Shown piece after piece: positions 63,064 to 64,000 of a stretch of DNA of 64,000 nucleotides. Made by a program: the position numbers and the translations under genes. Numbering within the stretch: position 1 is the first letter of the stretch; every line of letters begins with the position of its first letter. Location: sequence record AP017925.1; one strand, 5' to 3'. The notes beneath the pieces were generated by a model, which saw nothing but the letters and a program-made list of their open reading frames with translations, was not told the DNA's origin and ran no database searches.

Positions 63064-63512
63064 GTCGAATGCAATTCCTTCGTAGAGAAGGACAGCGGCA
63101 TCAGCATAATCAGAGAGACGGGGTCAGATAAAGGCTGAACTGCATGAACGTCCGGAAGCTTCATCGCGCTAGGTTCGATACGACGAAGTATCAGGTCACT
63201 GACAGCAGGCGGCTTAGGTGGACCTTCAAGCTCAACGAACTTAACGACAACCGTTTCGCGCGGGATGCGCAGGTCGTCCAAGATCTCAGCAAGCGGCTTA
63301 GACATGCTCAGCACGCAGGTGACGATATTGTTCAGCGTCTCCGCCGTATAGGTATCAGAGTGCCAAGCAAGATGAGCCTCCAACTCACTCCGCGACATGC
63401 GTTGTGCAATCTCCAGCCGTTCCTTCAACGAGAGGACTTTTGTTATCGGTTGGGTATAGCCTGGGTAACGCTGGCCGCCTGGAATCCAGCTAAATTCTTT
63501 AAACATTTGCAT
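63057..63512 (-). CDS. hypothetical protein (151 aa)
   Basis: RBS GAGGG. Confidence 0.6.
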   Translation of the reverse strand: MQMFKEFSWIPGGQRYPGYTQPITKVLSLKERLEIAQRMSRSELEAHLAWHSDTYTAETLNNIVTCVLSMSKPLAEILDDLRIPRETVVVKFVELEGPPKPPAVSDLILRRIEPSAMKLPDVHAVQPLSDPVSLIMLMPLSFSTKELHSTA

Positions 63513-63518
63513 CGCCCT

Positions 63519-63803
63519 CTAGTCTTTATAAGGAGTCTCTTCACGGAACCATAAGTTACCAGATCGTAGTAGAATTACTCGAAAGAAGAGAGAATCTGGA
63601 GTAGAGCCATCACGACGCCGAGGCTGACGCAACATCCAACCAGTACCATTTGGTCGTTTGAGAACTTCTACTGCGTTAAACTCCTTGCATTCGCGCAGAC
63701 CATGTTTGAGTTCGAGCAGTTCGACATCATCGGCCGGAACCATCATTTTCCTAGGGATGTATGCATCAAACACGAACTCTTTCTTCATGGTTAATTCAGC
63801 CAT
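63519..63803 (-). CDS. hypothetical protein (~94 aa)
   Basis: Track ORF 63519..63815, start uncertain. Confidence 0.55.
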   Translation of the reverse strand: MAELTMKKEFVFDAYIPRKMMVPADDVELLELKHGLRECKEFNAVEVLKRPNGTGWMLRQPRRRDGSTPDSLFFRVILLRSGNLWFREETPYKD

Positions 63804-63906
63804 ATTTCTCACCATTTTTTACCCATTGAAAGCATGATTTTGAGGAGCGCCAATCGTATGGAGCCCTCGCTCCTAAACAACTTTTTCCATGTGGAGTAGT
63901 AAACAA

Positions 63907-64000
63907 ATGGACGCAAATACGCCTCAAGACGCACAGCCGGTAGCCGACACTGCGCCGGTGGTTGATACCACCGTAGCCGTCGATACCAGCGCCGCCGCTC
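63907..64000 (+). CDS. N-terminus of a gene running off the right end
   Basis: RBS GGAG, MDANTPQDAQPVADTAPVVDTTVAVDTSAAA..., with no stop before the window end. Confidence 0.55.
   Translation, partial: MDANTPQDAQPVADTAPVVDTTVAVDTSAAA

Noticed and set aside
1-64000. Prophage or bacterial chromosome origin
   Set aside because: No integrase, att site, rRNA or housekeeping synteny. Dense, uniformly oriented phage-type genes with phage-specific promoter and terminator motifs span the whole window.

Overview
64-kb segment of a large lytic dsDNA phage (jumbo phage). Almost all real genes are on the minus strand, and the long plus-strand ORFs are antisense shadows. A phiKZ-like (Chimalliviridae-like) affinity is inferred from six copies of a TATTAC-containing promoter motif, hairpin terminators fused to a TATG motif, and gene content. 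The hallmark genes (chimallin, PhuZ, RNAP subunits) are not in this window, so the assignment is unconfirmed. Recognisable genes: dCTP deaminase, class Ia ribonucleotide reductase (nrdA/nrdB), NAD-dependent ligase, DHFR, SF2/SNF2-like helicase, DHH phosphoesterase, lytic transglycosylase, permuted papain-like amidase, holin, a collagen-like fibre and other fibre/structural proteins, and tRNA-Asn(GTT). Most unusual: (1) An RNA island at 2.4-5.3 kb with a ~750-nt ORF-free structured RNA, a GC-rich ~250-nt structured RNA, and two tRNA-shaped RNAs whose anticodon loops are replaced by 37- and 25-nt inserts, flanking a normal tRNA-Asn. (2) A tightly coupled six-gene operon in the fibre locus: collagen-domain, Kelch-like, unknown, coiled-coil, U32-like Cys-rich enzyme and IT-family permease. 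(3) NrdA carries a copy of the neighbouring tail-fibre repeat module in its C-terminal tail. (4) A catalytically degenerate ligase-domain paralogue is coupled to ligA. (5) Three tandem fibre-like/small-protein pairs, each small protein ending in GGFHWR. (6) A transporter-like locus: ModA/WtpA-like binding protein plus permease with no adjacent ATPase, next to a TAXI receptor and a PspA-like module. All family assignments come from motif recognition by eye, and no database search was run.
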